DNA of 64,000 nucleotides, taken from Chiloscyllium plagiosum. Lineage: Eukaryota. The notes under the pieces are model-generated. The model worked only from the letters and a program-made list of their open reading frames with translations. It searched no databases and was not told the origin of the DNA. Below, piece by piece: positions 1 to 12,690 of this stretch (positions are counted from its first letter, which is position 1; every line of letters starts with the position of its first letter). The stretch is from assembly GCF_004010195.1 (NCBI RefSeq), contig NC_057753.1, forward strand, positions 1,230,890 to 1,294,889, read 5' to 3'. The position numbers and the translations under genes were made by a program.

Positions 1-1295
1 TGCCCATTTCCTAAGCATCTGTATCCGGCTGCTCCCCACCTGTTCATGCATCTGTGCAGATGCATCTTAAATGAATCTGCAGTGCCTGTCTATACTACCT
101 CTGTTGGCAACGCGTTCCAGACACCCACCAATATCTGTGTAAAGTACTTGCCATGTGTATCCCCCTTAAATTGTTCACCTCTCACCTTGAAAGCGTGACC
201 TCTCATTATTGAATCCTTCATCCTGCCTATCTCTATCTACCTTGTCTACATCCTTAATGATTTTGTAGACCTCAATCAGGTCCCCCTCAATGTATTTTTT
301 TCTAATGAGAATAAGCCTAACCTACCCAATCTCTCTTCATAGCTAACACCTTCCATACCAGGCAACATCCTCGTAAATCGTTTTTGCACCCTCTCCAAAG
401 CATCCACATCCTGTTGGTAATCTGGAGACCAGAACGGTGCACAGTATTCCAATTGCGGCCGAACCAACGTCGTGTACAATTTAACATGACCTGCCAGCTC
501 TTATACTCAATAGCCCGTCCGATGAAGGCAAGCATACCATATGCTTTCTTGGCCACTCAATCCACCTGTGCAGCAACCTTCAGGATACAATGGACCTGCA
601 CTCCCAGATCTCTTTGCTCATCAACTTTTCCCAAGGCTCTCCCGTTCACTGTATATTTCGCTCTAGAATTAGTCTTGCCAAAATGCTTCACCTCACTTTT
701 GCCTGGATTGAACTCCATCTGCCACGTCTCTGCCCAACACTTCAGTCTATCTATAGTCTCCTGTATTATTTGACAGTCCCTAATGCTTTCTGCTACTCCA
801 CCAATCTTCGTGTCATCTGCAAACTTGCTGATCATACCAACACTTCCCTCTTCCAGATCATTTATGTATATCACAAACAACAGTGGCACCAACACTGATC
901 CCTGTGGAACACCATTGGTGACCTTTCACCACTTCGAGAAACTCCCTTCAACGACTACTCTGTCTCTTGTTGCTCAACCAGTTATTTATCCACCTGGTTA
1001 GAACACCCTGCACACTATGTGTCTTCACTTTCGCTATTAGTTTACCATGGGGTACCTTATCAAACGCCTTACTAAAGTCCATGCAACAACCCTTCCTTCA
1101 TCTATCAACTTGCTCACTTCCTCAGTACATTCTCCAGCAACTTTCCCACCACTGACGTCAGACTCATTGGTCTGTAGTTATCCGGAATATCCCTACTATC
1201 CTTCTTGTACAGGGGGACAAAATGAGCAACCCTCCAGTCGTCGTGCAGGGGGACAACATGAGCAACATTCCAGTCTTCCTCAATTCCTGCTTCTC
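1..1295 (-). mobile_element. CR1/HER1-type LINE, 3' part of ORF2 (reverse transcriptase), decayed
   Basis: Minus ORFs 557-895 (LLFVIYINDL...SKFADDTK), 317-556 and 276-479 (LVRPQLEYCAPFWSP...LERVQKRFTRM) are consecutive frameshifted pieces of the CR1 RT C-terminus. The element runs off the window start. Confidence 0.95.
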
Positions 1296-2018
1296 CGGAA
1301 GGTCCAGAAATAAAAGATGTTAGTCTAGTTTCGATTCACTTTTGGTGATATGGGCAAATGGTTGAAGGCTCTGGGAACTACAAACACTGTGAGCGCTGAC
1401 AACATCGCGACAGTGCTACTGAATACATATCATCCAAAACTTGCCGTGCCGCTAGCTAAGCTGTTCCAATATAACAGGAGCGTGGAACTCACTCAAATAT
1501 GATGATAGTTGTCTCATTATGTCCTGTCCAACCCGACAAATTAACAGCAATCAGTATAATCGCGATCATTAATAAAATGATAGAAAGGGTCCTCAGCAGT
1601 GCTAAACAGCAGAAGCTGCTTTACCATAGGTTTGCCTTCCGCCAGACCTTCTTAGCTTCTGACATCAGTATAACCTTAACTCAAACATTGACAAATGAAC
1701 TGAATTCCAAATGTTAACTAGAAGGGATAGTCCCTCAAGTCAAGGCTACACTTGATCGAATGTAGGATCAAGGAGCACAAGCAAAAGTAAGATCAATGGG
1801 AATCAACACTTATGTCTGATTGGCGTCATATTTAGTCGGAAGAAAGATAACTGTAGCAATTCGAGGTGAGATAGCTCAGCACAAGGACATCTCTGTAGGA
1901 ATTAGTGAAGGTAGTATTGAAGAACAATTGTCTTCAACTGCTTCGTTAATCATCCCATTATCACAAGTGAGGGCGTTTGATGATGACGACGCAATATACA
2001 ACGCAATTCACAACTCCT

Positions 2019-2605
2019 GAGGGATGTGATCTATTTATATTTAGAAAAGAGTGGGCTTATCAGTGATAGGCGACATGGTTTTGTGCGGGGAAGGTCTTGC
2101 CTCACAAACTTAATAGAGTTCTTTGAGGAAGTGACCAAGCTGATAGATAAAGTGAGGGATGATGCACGGACTTTAATAAGGCGTTTTATGAGGTTTCCCA
2201 TGGTAAACTAATAGACAATAGACAATAGACAGTAGGTGCAGGAGTAGGCCATTCAGCGAAAAGAGTGGGCTTTTCAGTGATAGGCGACATGGTTTTGTGC
2301 GGGGAAGGTCTTGCCTCACAAACTTAATAGAGTTCTTTGAGGAAGTGACCAAGCTGATAGATGAAGTGAGGGATGATGCACGGACTTTAATAAGGCGTTT
2401 TATGAGGTTTCCCATGGTAAACCAATAGACAATAGACAATAGACAGTAGGTGCAGGAGTAGGCCATTCAGCCCTTCGAGCCTGCTCTGCCATTCAATATG
2501 ATCATGGCTGATCATTCCTAATCAGTATCCTCTTCCTGCCTTATCTCCATAACCCTTGATTCCACTATCTTTGAGAAAGTGAAGTCACATAGTGTGCAGG
2601 GTGTG
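2019..2605 (+). mobile_element. HER1/CR1 RT fragment carrying an antisense LINE 3' end; the junction is tandemly duplicated
   Basis: ORF 2026-2211 HGFVRGRSCLTNLIEFFEEVTK. The tail 'aatagacaatagac...ggtgcaggagtaggccattc' matches the reverse complement of the LINE end at 29400-29437. Confidence 0.85.
2044..2471 (+). repeat. 214-bp tandem duplication (2044-2257 / 2258-2471)
   Basis: Both units run gaaaagagtgggctt...taggtgcaggagtaggccattcagc and differ by only a few bases. Confidence 0.95.
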
Positions 2606-2839
2606 AAGCTGCCTGTGGCCAAATGCAGCACGACTTAGAAAATTTCCAGATTGGGCTGAAAAATTAACAACTGCCATTATCACATTACATCGTCAGCCAA
2701 TATGCATCAATAAAGAATTTAGCTTTCATCACCTGATATCCATTGTCGTTACAATCACGGAATCCCCCATCTTAGGAGTTACGCTTAACCAGAAACTGAA
2801 CTCGGTGAGTAATTTAAATATGTACTTGAAATAAGGTTG

Positions 2840-3031
2840 TAATGATTTGACAAACAGAGAGCTGGAGTGCATGTTATTGTTAATTGCACTTTCGCTGAGA
2901 AGGTCCTTCAATGTTTAAATGGCTAACAACGGTCAGCTGGGATTTGTCTATTGTGTTTCCTCTGCACTCGATGGGCAGGATCCATTCGTGAAATGTTTCC
3001 TTTGCTCGAAGGTGACAGCATTCACGTTATA
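2840..3031 (-). pseudogene. IgSF gene A: decayed connecting-peptide/transmembrane exon, TCR beta/gamma-like
   Basis: Acceptor ttttagttcttctag. One frame reads ..NGSCPSSAEETQ*TNPS*PLLAI*TLKDLLSESAINNNMHSSSLFVKS. Single-base reversions give LLSKSAIYNIMLS, like TCR beta/gamma LLxKxxxY, with a hinge Cys upstream. Confidence 0.5.
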
Positions 3032-3091
3032 CTAGAAGAACTAAAATAAGGAAGTTGCCAATTGTGGAACACATATGTTCGATATCTCTGC

Positions 3092-3387
3092 CTGAACATT
3101 GGAGAAAACAATTGCCTTTGCTTTGTCCAGTGCTTCCAGCCAATTCTTGATCCCACAGATATTTTATTATTCTGTCCCACACAATAGCATTCTCTTTAAG
3201 GTGTTCACAATCATCTATTACAGGTTAGGGCCAAGAAGTCGTGTTTCACCAAAGCCCTTCTGCTTCAGTCCATATCTCAATGTCTCAGCCATAATCTTCT
3301 CTCAAAGTTATTGGTCGTTCACATCGAGGAAATTAAGAGAGGAATTGAAAATCTGTTTGCTGGGCATCTTGGTTCTAGTCTTGTTTC
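3092..3387 (-). pseudogene. IgSF gene A: decayed C1-set constant domain exon
   Basis: Acceptor atgtatttttcag; 296-nt exon. Across two frameshifts it reads TRLLGPNL**MIVNTLK/ENAIVWDRIIKY/ICGIKNW, matching the C1 pattern S-x-L-x-V-xxxx-W-xxxxx-Y-x-C-x-V-x-H. Confidence 0.6.
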
Positions 3388-3469
3388 CTGAAAAATACAT
3401 TTTTAACACTAAAACTCACTGACTTATTTTGATATTAAACTAAAATCAACTTGTTTCGACAGTCATGCA

Positions 3470-3828
3470 GGTGGGCAAGGGTCAGCTTTAGTAGAATTGC
3501 CGCAATGAAAATTAACAATATACATTTTTTACAGGTACTTGAATTAATTGGCATTGAATTGAAATGTCAAAGAATAATCAGCACAGCAACTTGTTATGTG
3601 CAGATAAATGTCACGGTGCACAGAAACTTCATAAGGCAAAAGCTTCGAAATTGTTCAGTATTCTCTAGTCTCGAAGCTTGAGGGTGTTTTACAAAGAAAA
3701 AAAAACATAAATCCTAAATAATTGTCTGCACTTAAAAACAAAGAAATTAAACCACAAACTAAGATTTGTTTTTCACTCTCAACGAAAGAATGCTCGTTCA
3801 ACTTCTTAGATTGAAATATATATCCATG
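3470..3828 (-). pseudogene. IgSF gene A: decayed germline-joined VJ domain exon
   Basis: One frame with 3 stops: GYIFQSKKLNEHSFVESEKQILVCGL..NYLGFMFFFLCKTP..RDIYLHITSCCADYSLTFQFNAN*..FHCGNSTK, then LTL after a 1-nt shift. The B-strand Cys lies ~66 codons from the degenerate D-x-A-T-Y-Y-C position, and GNSTKLT is J-like. Confidence 0.65.
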
Positions 3829-3944
3829 TCATTAATTGCATTTTTCAGGCAGCGAGATGTTTATGCTACATTGTTTCTTTCAAATATACAAACCTGAAAC
3901 AAGTCATAAATTAGGGGTGAACCCAATCTGCGTAAATCCGATAC

Positions 3945-3994
3945 CGCACATATGATTAAAATAGATGCTTATGATTAAGATTCTTCTCAAGCAT
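3945..3994 (-). pseudogene. IgSF gene A: probable signal-peptide exon
   Basis: ATG plus a 1-nt shift gives M-LRRILIISIYFNHMC-G, followed by the phase-1 donor G|GTATCG. Confidence 0.45.
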
Positions 3995-4047
3995 GCAAAA
4001 TTGGAATGTGTTTACTGAGATAAAGAGCAGACAACAACTAACGAAAC

Positions 4048-4055
4048 ATGCAAAT
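4048..4055 (-). promoter_or_regulatory. Octamer motif (ATTTGCAT on the gene strand) ~54 bp upstream of the gene A ATG
   Basis: Exact ATGCAAAT at 4048-4055 on the + strand. Confidence 0.35.
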
Positions 4056-4189
4056 GATTGATATCACGGCTGATATCGCCAGGAAGATGCAGAAGGTTAG
4101 AAACGGTTGATCACACAAACATCTCTGTATGACTTGAAGGAAAGTTTACACCCCCACTACCTGGAACATCATGTTTCAAATTGACAATA

Positions 4190-4795
4190 TTTGGGAATGA
4201 TTTATTTTAAGTTTTCAAGAACATGAGATCTGGAATTTCAAGAGACCCATTACTGAAGTGGCTAGAAATCAGGAAAAGAAGCTTAATAGAGCACATGGGA
4301 CATTTGGTCTGGATTCTGGAGGCATGAAGTAAAATCGCTGACGATCTTGTGCTAATCCATTTAAAATCATTGATCAGTTCATGACAGAGGGAAAATAAGC
4401 TAGAAAAATGAACGATGACCCACTCTTGAAGAAAGAAGCGATTGTGCATAATATGTGTTAATGATAAGAGCTTGGGAAATGTCGAGGTGCAAAATATCTT
4501 GGATATCCTTGTCAATAAGTCACTGATAGCTAACATGCATTGGCACAAGCTATTTGAAAGGTAAATAGAATTTTAGCCTTTATCACAAAAAAGAATTTTA
4601 TTCCTGGAGTAGAAGAGTGTTGCTTCAATAAGCAGAGAAGTTTTCTTCGACAGCACCTATGGTGTATATCTTTGAATCCTTATCACGGGAAAGCACAATT
4701 TCCGTAGAGAGAGCACAATGAAGGTTCAGCAGATTTGTTCCCAGATGGCGTGACTGGGCTTCTACAATGCTACAGACCTTGATGACTCTATGTTG
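4190..4795 (+). mobile_element. Old CR1 LINE RT fragment
   Basis: Degenerate remnants of KIADD, LDILVNKSL and AQ*RFSRFVP. Confidence 0.65.
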
Positions 4796-4871
4796 GCATA
4801 GCTCATACAACTTAAAACAGTACAGCACATGAACAAGCCCTTCAACCGACGATGTTGTCTTGAAAATAGTA

Positions 4872-5062
4872 TCATAGAATAGAATCATAGAATCCTCACA
4901 GTGTGGAAACAGGCCAGTCTGCTAAACAAGTCTATACCAAAACTCGGAACAGCACCCCAACCAGAGTCATTCCCTAATCCTATCTCTGTAACCTTGCATA
5001 TTCCATGTCTACTGCATCTAACCTACGCATTTCTGACCTCTATGGGCAATTTCGCGTGGGCA
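4872..5062 (-). mobile_element. HE1 SINE 3' fragment
   Basis: 'cagtgtggaaacaggcc' terminus and 'ctatgggcaattt', as in the other HE1 copies. Confidence 0.65.
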
Positions 5063-5069
5063 AGTTAAA

Positions 5070-6630
5070 GTAATCCCTTCTGTCTGCCCTTGGCCCATAT
5101 CTCCTAATCCTTGCATATTCGTATGCTTATCTGAATGTCCCTTAAAAACCCCTATACAATCTGCCTCCACCATCACTCCTGGCAGCGCGTTCTAGACACC
5201 TCCCACTCACTTGCTCCTCCATTCTCCTTTGAAAATTTCCCCTCTCACTTTGACTATAAGCTCCCTACAATTCGACATTTCAACTCTGAAACAAAACGAT
5301 TCTGACTGTCAACCCTATCTATGCGTCTCATAAGGTTATCGACTTTTATCAAGCATACCCCTAGCCTCCGGCACTGCAGATAGAATAACCCGAGTTTTCT
5401 AATATCCCGATATAGGTCATGCCCTCTAATCCAGGCGCACCTTAGTAAACATTTACTGCACTCCCTCCAAAGCCTCCACATCTTTCCTGTAATGAGGTAA
5501 GCATAATTGAATGGCTATTCGTAGTCTTGTAAAGTTGCAACATGGCATTCTGACTCTTGTCCTCAATTCCTCATCTAATAGAGGCAACCATGCCACATGC
5601 CTTTTATAACACCCTATCTACTTGCGTGACCACTATTGATTTGAACTACAAGATCATTCTTTACATTAATGCTTTACATTGATTGTACAATTTTCCTTAA
5701 TACTTGATCTCCCTCATACTTACCCGGATTTAACTCCATCTGCCAATGCTATGCCAAAAAGTCCAATGCTCCTGCAACCCGCTGTTTCCTTTGACAGCCT
5801 TCTAGCTCATCCACAACTTCACCAATTTTTTATCATCTGTAAACTTACTCACCCTCCTATCTTCATTTTTATTCAGGTCATTTATGTATATTACAAACAG
5901 GAGAGGTCCCAGTTCAATTCCCTACAGAACACCTCTTGTCAGGGATCTTCAGCCAGAAAAACAAATTTCCATCACTTCCCTTGGCCATCAACGGTCAAAC
6001 CAATTCTAAACCCAAGCGGATTACATGCAACTTAATCTTATGGATAAGTCTACTATGCAGGAGCCTATCAAAAACCTTCTTAAAATCCATGCATGCAGCA
6101 TTCAATGTTGTACCCTCCTGGATCGACTTTGTCACCTACTCAAAAAATTCAATCTTGTTATGAAGACACGACCAGACCTGCACAACTCCATGCTGACTCT
6201 CCCTAATTAGGCAATGCTTTTACAAATGTGCATAGATCCTACTCCTAAGAATACCATGCAGTAGATTCCCAATCACGGATGTGAGACTTATCTGTTTATG
6301 CTTTCCTCAATTATCCATATTTACCTCAGACCAAAGATCATAAAACATAGGAACAGAAATGTCGGCCGTTCAGCCGTTCGAGTCTGATCCGCCATTCAAT
6401 CATTGGCTGATATTCTTGTCAACCCCAATGTCCTGCTGTTTCCCGGAACCTTAGATCCACTTTGCAATCAAGAACCAATCTATCTGTGTCTAACATGCAC
6501 TCAATGATCTGACATCCAGAGCTTTCTGTGAAAGTGATTTCCATAGATTCGCCAATCTCGGGCTGAAGTTTGTCCTTACCTCCGTTCTAAAAGGTCTTTC
6601 CTTTATTCGAGGGCTGTGCCCACGAGTCAT
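5070..6630 (-). mobile_element. CR1 LINE 3' fragments (two families), decayed
   Basis: Minus ORF 5254-5481 KLGLFYLQCRRLGVCLIKV. RT remnants extend to ~6330; a separate LINE 3' end lies at 6340-6630. Confidence 0.8.
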
Positions 6631-6639
6631 ACATCAAAT

Positions 6640-8060
6640 TTTGGTTTCCGACATGAATTTCAATCTGTGATGGATACAAAATGGGGAAAAGAGTAACTTT
6701 CAAACGGTAATGGAAAAGGAGACTTCATTCAAATTAGTAAAGATTGCTTACCACAGTGTAAAACGGAACCTTTGAGGTGGTAAGAGAAGTAAAGAAAGCT
6801 CACGGGTTTTTACTACATTAAGTTAGGACAGAACAAGTCGGAGTGTTGATGGTTTAGAGAAAAACAAATCATTGGGAAGACGGATGTGAGAATACAGGAT
6901 GAAACACTGGATTTTGTCGAAGTGCTAAATTAAGGCACAATGGTACCTGAAAAGCCGGACCAAAATATACAATCTGGTCAGGGTTGATTGAGAGGGAAAC
7001 AACACATATTCTTAAATCATTTACTTGTGAGGGTAGTGTTTACTCACATATGCCAGGAGGAGTAGATGCAGAAATTGCAATTTCAAGAGATTCGGCAGTA
7101 TGTCAATCTTTGATGTTGAGAGATGAGGCGATATTCAGTTCAGAAGGACTATTTCCAGAAAATGTACTAATATGAGGAATTCACGGTGAGACAAGTGTAC
7201 TTCATTATATGAAGTGAGGTAGGAGTTTCTGGAGAAAACTAGAGAAGTGGTCGTAAGACTCGTGCAGGAACTCTGTGCTCCAGAAATCTTTGACAATGAC
7301 ATAGCTGGATGACAGGTGAGAGAGCTTCCTACTGTTGTTGAAAAGCTGTTTTGACATCAGGCAACTGAGGCATTGCCCTATTTTTCCTGACTGCGTGGGT
7401 ACAAGGTCACAAGGCCACAGGTTGAAGCAGGAGGACAAACCTAAGAATAAATATTTAGAACATTAAATTATATTATTGTCTAAAATGCTTCATCAAAAGA
7501 CAAGAGAAGAAAAAACACTTGGTGGAGGACAACTTTGATATTTTTAATTTAGAGAAATTAATTGACTTACAACAGAACGATGTAGAAGTAAAAAACAGAA
7601 GTGTTAAAATCATACATAGAAGCATAATCTGAGTTTATAACAGAATGTTAAAGTTTTATAGATGACGTCTTGATGAGGAAATGGAGACCTTCAAATACTG
7701 AGACCGATGACAAATGACCAGAAGTTCATCAGTTTGTGTACACATTTAATACCTATTCCTACATTTGAAGTATTTATTTACAACGGTCTTAACTGATTGG
7801 GTAGGAAGCTTGCCCAAAACAATAAGTGGAAAGCAGTATTGCCTATAATGGACTGCCGAATAGATTTCCATTGGCCATTTCATTATGCAATATCACAGCT
7901 AAAAGGATTGGTGAAGATATACGCAAATATTTTATGAGATATAGACTATACAGAGGTAATCAGGTCAAGAATCAAAATTTAGGGCAAAATTATTCAATGA
8001 AGTTATGGATAACTTAAAATAAAAAAAATCAAATCCACTGTGTACCATCCAGAATCGCGT
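6640..8060 (+). mobile_element. Gypsy (Gmr1-like) internal fragment: gag end, protease, integrase remnants
   Basis: ORF 6984-7175 IAISRDSAVCQSLMLRDE is protease-like (cf. ILRDTGS at 33977-34348), followed by integrase-like RFPLAISLCNITAKRI (7826-8017). Confidence 0.75.
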
Positions 8061-8686
8061 CTTTGGGAGATTACATAGACACTTCGATTACTTAGGAATC
8101 AATGGGTAATTTTCAATTTGTCAAGCAGTAACTAGTGGGGCTCCAGAGGGATTGGTGCTTGGACCTCAGTTGTTCACAATATATATTATTCTTTGAAAGA
8201 CGGAATAAAATAAAACATCTCAAAGCTTGCAGATAATACCAAGCTGGGTGGGGTCGTGAACTGTGACAATGATGCAGTGATCCTCCAACACGACATGGAC
8301 AAGTTGAGTGAGTGGGTACGTCAATGGCAGATGCAGCATAACTTGGAAAAATGTGAGGATATTCACACTGGAAGCACAAAAGAAGAAAGCACATCACTAC
8401 CTTAACAGATGTAAATTGGGAGAGGAGAGTGTGCAGCGGGACCTGGCGTCCTTGTGCGTCCGTCGCTGAAGGTAAGCAGGCAGGTACAGCAGGTTGTAAA
8501 GAAGGTGAATGGTATATTGACCTTCTTTGCTACAAGTTTCGATTTCTGGAGCAGGAGTGAGTCGTTGCAAGTATACAAAGCATTGGTGATGCCACGCCTT
8601 TGATATTGTGTGAAGCTTTGGTCTCCTTTTTTAAGGACGGAGGCTCTTGCTGTCAAGTGAGTACCGCAACGGTTTATAAAATCCCT

Positions 8687-8989
8687 AGAATGAGGGAACA
8701 GGCCCTTTGACCCAACAAGTCCGAACAACAATCCATCCAGAACCATTCCCTTACATTTGCCCTTGTCTCATGCACCTAAACTACACATCTCTGAATAGTA
8801 TGGACAATTTCGATTGGCCAAACCACACTCACCCGAACACCTTTCGATTATGAGAGGAAACCGGAGAACCCGTAGGAAACCCACGCAAACACGGTGAGAC
8901 TGTGCAAACTCCACACCCAACGCTGTGATTGAACCTGATGTCCCTGGTGCTGTGAAGGAGCAGTGCCTACTACTGAGCCTCTTCTGTCC
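8687..8989 (-). mobile_element. HE1 V-SINE (old copy)
   Basis: Reverse complement of the tRNA-like head plus the V-SINE core (gaggaaaccggagaacccgtaggaaacccacgcaaacacgg). Confidence 0.85.
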
Positions 8990-9254
8990 AGGTGTAGCCT
9001 CCTGGATTCAATATCAAGTTTAACATTTTAACACTCTACTCATACGTCAGTTATGTCATCCCCAGAACCAGCCTGGTAAACGATGACTCAGTGGTTATGA
9101 GTCGAGACTGACGAGGTTAGGATTGTTTTCGCTCGAGTTCATTTGAATAATGGGGAACCTCATAGAGACATATAAAGTTCTGACAGGACTAGATGAAGGG
9201 AGGATATTCCCGATGGTGAGTGTGCCTATAGGTAGCTCTTGGGTTCAAATGGTT

Positions 9255-9570
9255 GATTAGATTAGATTCCCGACAGTGTGGAAACAGGCCCTTCGGCCCA
9301 ACAAGTCCACACCGACACTCTGAAGAGTAACCCATCCAGACCCATTCACCTCTGACTCATACACCTAACACTGGGCTATTTAGCATGGCCAATTCACCTG
9401 ACCTGCACATCTTTGGACTGTGGGAGGAAACCGGAACATCTAGAGGAAAGCCATGCAGACACAGGGAGAATTTTCAAACTCCACACAGACAATCGCCCAA
9501 GGCTGGAATCGAACCTGAGACCTTGGTACTGCAATGCAGCAGTGCTAACCACCGAGCCACTGTGCCACCC
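9255..9570 (-). mobile_element. HE1 V-SINE, full length
   Basis: Minus strand starts GGGTGGCACAGTGGCTCGGTGGTTAGCACTGCTG (A box), then GGTTCGATTCC (B box), the V core and a (TAATC)n tail. Confidence 0.95.
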
Positions 9571-10229
9571 AACCCTGTTATTAGGGAAAGCAGGATTAGG
9601 CTGTTGAGTTGATCGATCAGCCATGACTCCAATGATTGTTGGAAGAGGCTTGAAGAGCACAATGGCCTCCTCCTGCTCTTATCTTCCATGTTTCAGTGTC
9701 TACGTATCTATAATATCTCTTTTTTTCAGATAACACAAAACTGGGTGGAACAATGAGCTGTAAGGAGGATGCCGAGATGTTGCATGCTGATGTGGACAGG
9801 TGGAGTGAGTCGACAAATGCAAAGCAGATCCAGTATAATTTGGAAGAATATGAGGATATTCACATCGATTGGAAAAATAAGAATGCAGAGAAGAAAATGT
9901 TCTACAAGACCTTGGTTTCCTCATTACCAGTCACGGAGCAACAGTCAATAAATAATGCGAATTACAGTTGGCCTTTATAGTGAGAATATTCGAGTACACG
10001 AAAAAGGATGTTTTGCTGCAATTAGACATAGCATTTATAGTGCAGTTTTAATCTTCTAATCTGTGGAGATGTTCTTCCAATACAACAAATGAAGCGACAT
10101 TTTGTCAAACTGCGTCCTGAAATGGCATGACATGACATGTGAAGAAATGTTGTGTTGGTTCAGATTGTATTCACTAGAGTTTAGAAGAATGGGGAGTGAT
10201 CTCAGAGAAGATTAGGCTTGATATTGATA

Positions 10230-10960
10230 GAGTTCACAACCAGGTTTAGGTGTATCAAACAAAATTGGAGGAGAAGGAATACTCCACCACGATCCAATAT
10301 GTGTTTTATAGTTGGTGGTCACACTTTGGAGAATCTGGATGTCAGTTAATCGTTGCAGTACTTAGAACCTGCAGCATTTTCATGTAGCCAGTAGTTTTAT
10401 GTGGAGATTCCAGTTTTGTTTTTGGTCGATGGCAATCGTGACTATTGTGATACTAGAGGACTTATTGTCGGTAATGCAGTTGAATGTCAATGGTGAATGG
10501 TTGCATATCTCCTGTCGGGGTCAATCATTGTCTGCAACTTGTATGGTATGAAGATCATTGCCATTTCTCGGGCCAAATCTGGATATGTTCTAGGTCTTGC
10601 TGCATTTATAAATGGACTGCTTCAATATTTGAGGAGTGAGGAATGCTGCTGAACATTGTGCAATCACGGGCAAGCATTCCCCACTTCTGACATTGTGATC
10701 TGGGAAATATCACTGACGAAGAAGCTGAAAATTGTTGGGTCAAGGACTCAACACGGAAGAATTTCTGCAGATATGTACCGGAGCTGATAAAACTGATTTC
10801 CAAGGACTACAACTATCTTCCTTTGTGCTAGATATGAATCCTATTAATTTTCCCACTAATTCCAGTGATTCCACTTTTCATCAATCTCTTTGCAGTCACA
10901 CTCAGTCAAATGTGGCTTTAATGTCAACGTCTGTCTCTCTGATCTCACCTCTGTGATTCT
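10230..10960 (-). mobile_element. Old CR1/L2-group LINE fragment
   Basis: Minus ORF 10606-10803 WGMLARDCTMFSSI (degenerate FADD); same family as 29800-31070. Confidence 0.7.
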
Positions 10961-11032
10961 GTTGTCACTTTTCTGGATTCCATCCAAAACAGATTCCACG
11001 CATTTTCCTTCCGATCTGAGACATCATCATTG

Positions 11033-11312
11033 ATTTAGATTAGATTCCCTACAAGGCGTTCGGCGCAACGAGTCCACATCAACCCTTAGCCCTGATTAAT
11101 GCACCTAACACAATGGGCAATTTTGCATAGCCCACTCACCTAACCTTCACATCTTTGGATTGTGGGAGGAAACCGCAGCACACAGAGGAAATCCATGCAA
11201 GCACGGGGAGAATGTACAAACTTCAAACAGACAGTCACCCGAGGCGTGAATCGAACCCAGGCCCGTGGTACTGTGAGGTGGCATGCTAACCTCTGAGGCA
11301 CCATGCCACCCC
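11033..11312 (-). mobile_element. HE1 V-SINE
   Basis: tRNA-derived head, V core and a (TAATC) tail. Confidence 0.9.
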
Positions 11313-11688
11313 AACCATTAGCTTTGTCTTTTGGATGTTATTCTGCTTTCAAGGAATAGTGGAAACTTAGCTTTATTTTTCCTTATCTTCTATACTCCCA
11401 ACCATGTTTTGAACTTTCTGTCACAAATATTGCCTCCTCCCAATTTCAACATTCGCCCAACTCCCATCCACCTGACATGCTACTTGAAACCAACTTCCCC
11501 AACATGTGCAAATCTCCTTCCAAGAGTATCAGTGCCTAATCTAAAAGAATCGGTTACGTTTAGACAGCCCTGCCACAGCATGCTGCAAAATTGGTTCTAA
11601 CTCCTCAGAAATTCACTGGCTTCTCATACAGAGGTGTGCGACCAATTTTATAAAACTAATCCCTTAGTTCTTACGCTCACTGGTCCCT

Positions 11689-11973
11689 TTAGCATGGAAG
11701 CAGGCCATTCGGCGCATCCAGTCTACACAGATGCACCTCCTTACTATATCCCATGGCGAACACACTTAGCCTTAACACCCTGGACACTACGAACAGTTTA
11801 ACATGGCCAATCTATTTAACCCACATACCGTTGGACTATGGCAGGAAAGAAGAGCCCCTGGAGGGAGCACACATTATCATAGAGAGAATGCGACAGTCAA
11901 GCGAGGCTGGAATTGAACCCGGGTTACTGTAGCCGTGTGGCAACACTGCTAACTATTGAGCCACCATGCCGCC
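11689..11973 (-). mobile_element. HE1 V-SINE (old copy)
   Basis: GGCGGCATGGTGGCTCAATAGTTAGCAGTGTTGCC head on the minus strand. Confidence 0.85.
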
Positions 11974-12049
11974 TTATAGCACAGCATTACTTCCTTTGAG
12001 AATATGCCTTTTAATTTCCTTTATACCTCGCTCAAATCTGTCTTCAGGA

Positions 12050-12690
12050 ACTCATTCTTCTTCCTTCCTATGATGTTGATACTATTGAGGACAACGAATG
12101 CTGTCTTAACCTGACAGGGATGTTCTGCAGCTGCACCATTATAACTTTGAGTTAGGGCCCAGCACACCATCTTGTAGTAATTCGCTTAGATACCAAGTGT
12201 CAGCTCAGGTTCTGGTCAACGGTCACTCTCAGGTTGTCGATAATTTGGGATACTTTGATGGCATTATCACTAACTGTTTCGGAGGAATAGTTAGACTTCC
12301 TTTAGTTGTGGATTGCAATTTCCTGGCATTCATGTGGCAGGAAAGTTCAATGCCACATGTTAGCCCAAAAGTGGCTTTGCGATCATATCTTGCTATGTTG
12401 GACATAGGCACTTCAATATCTGAAGAATCAGAAGTGGTGCTGAATTACGTGCATCGATCGGTGAACATTCCTACTTCTGAAGTTAGGATAAAGGGCGGGT
12501 CATTGATGAAGCAGGTGAAGATCGTTCAGCCTAAGTCATTTGCCAGAAGAACTTCAGCAGAGATATCCTGAAGCTGAGATGATTGATGGCCAATGACTAA
12601 AACTTGATAGGTAAGACACTGACCAATCGACTATGCTACGTGATTCCCACTGTCTCAAGTTTTGGTACAGGTTCTTGATTTGGCATTTCA
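12050..12690 (-). mobile_element. Old CR1/L2-group LINE fragment
   Basis: Similar to 10230-10960 and to the reverse complement of 30400-30800. Confidence 0.65.

Larger units (their letters stand above)
1350..2830 (+). mobile_element. Old CR1/L2-group LINE fragment interrupted by younger LINE pieces at ~2019-2605
   Basis: Degenerate RT-like motifs; resembles the older LINE at 29800-31070 (e.g. 'aagctgttccaatataac'). Confidence 0.65.
8060..10230 (+). mobile_element. Old CR1 LINE fragments with two embedded HE1 SINEs
   Basis: SGAPEGLVLGPQLFTIY and KLADNTKLGG remnants at 8130-8255; a LINE 3' end near 9690. Confidence 0.75.

Noticed and set aside
384..898. Several 100+ aa ORFs antisense to LINE RT (also 25832-26320, 28259-28669, 51153-51560)
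   Set aside because: Shadow frames of CR1 coding sequence with no independent signal.
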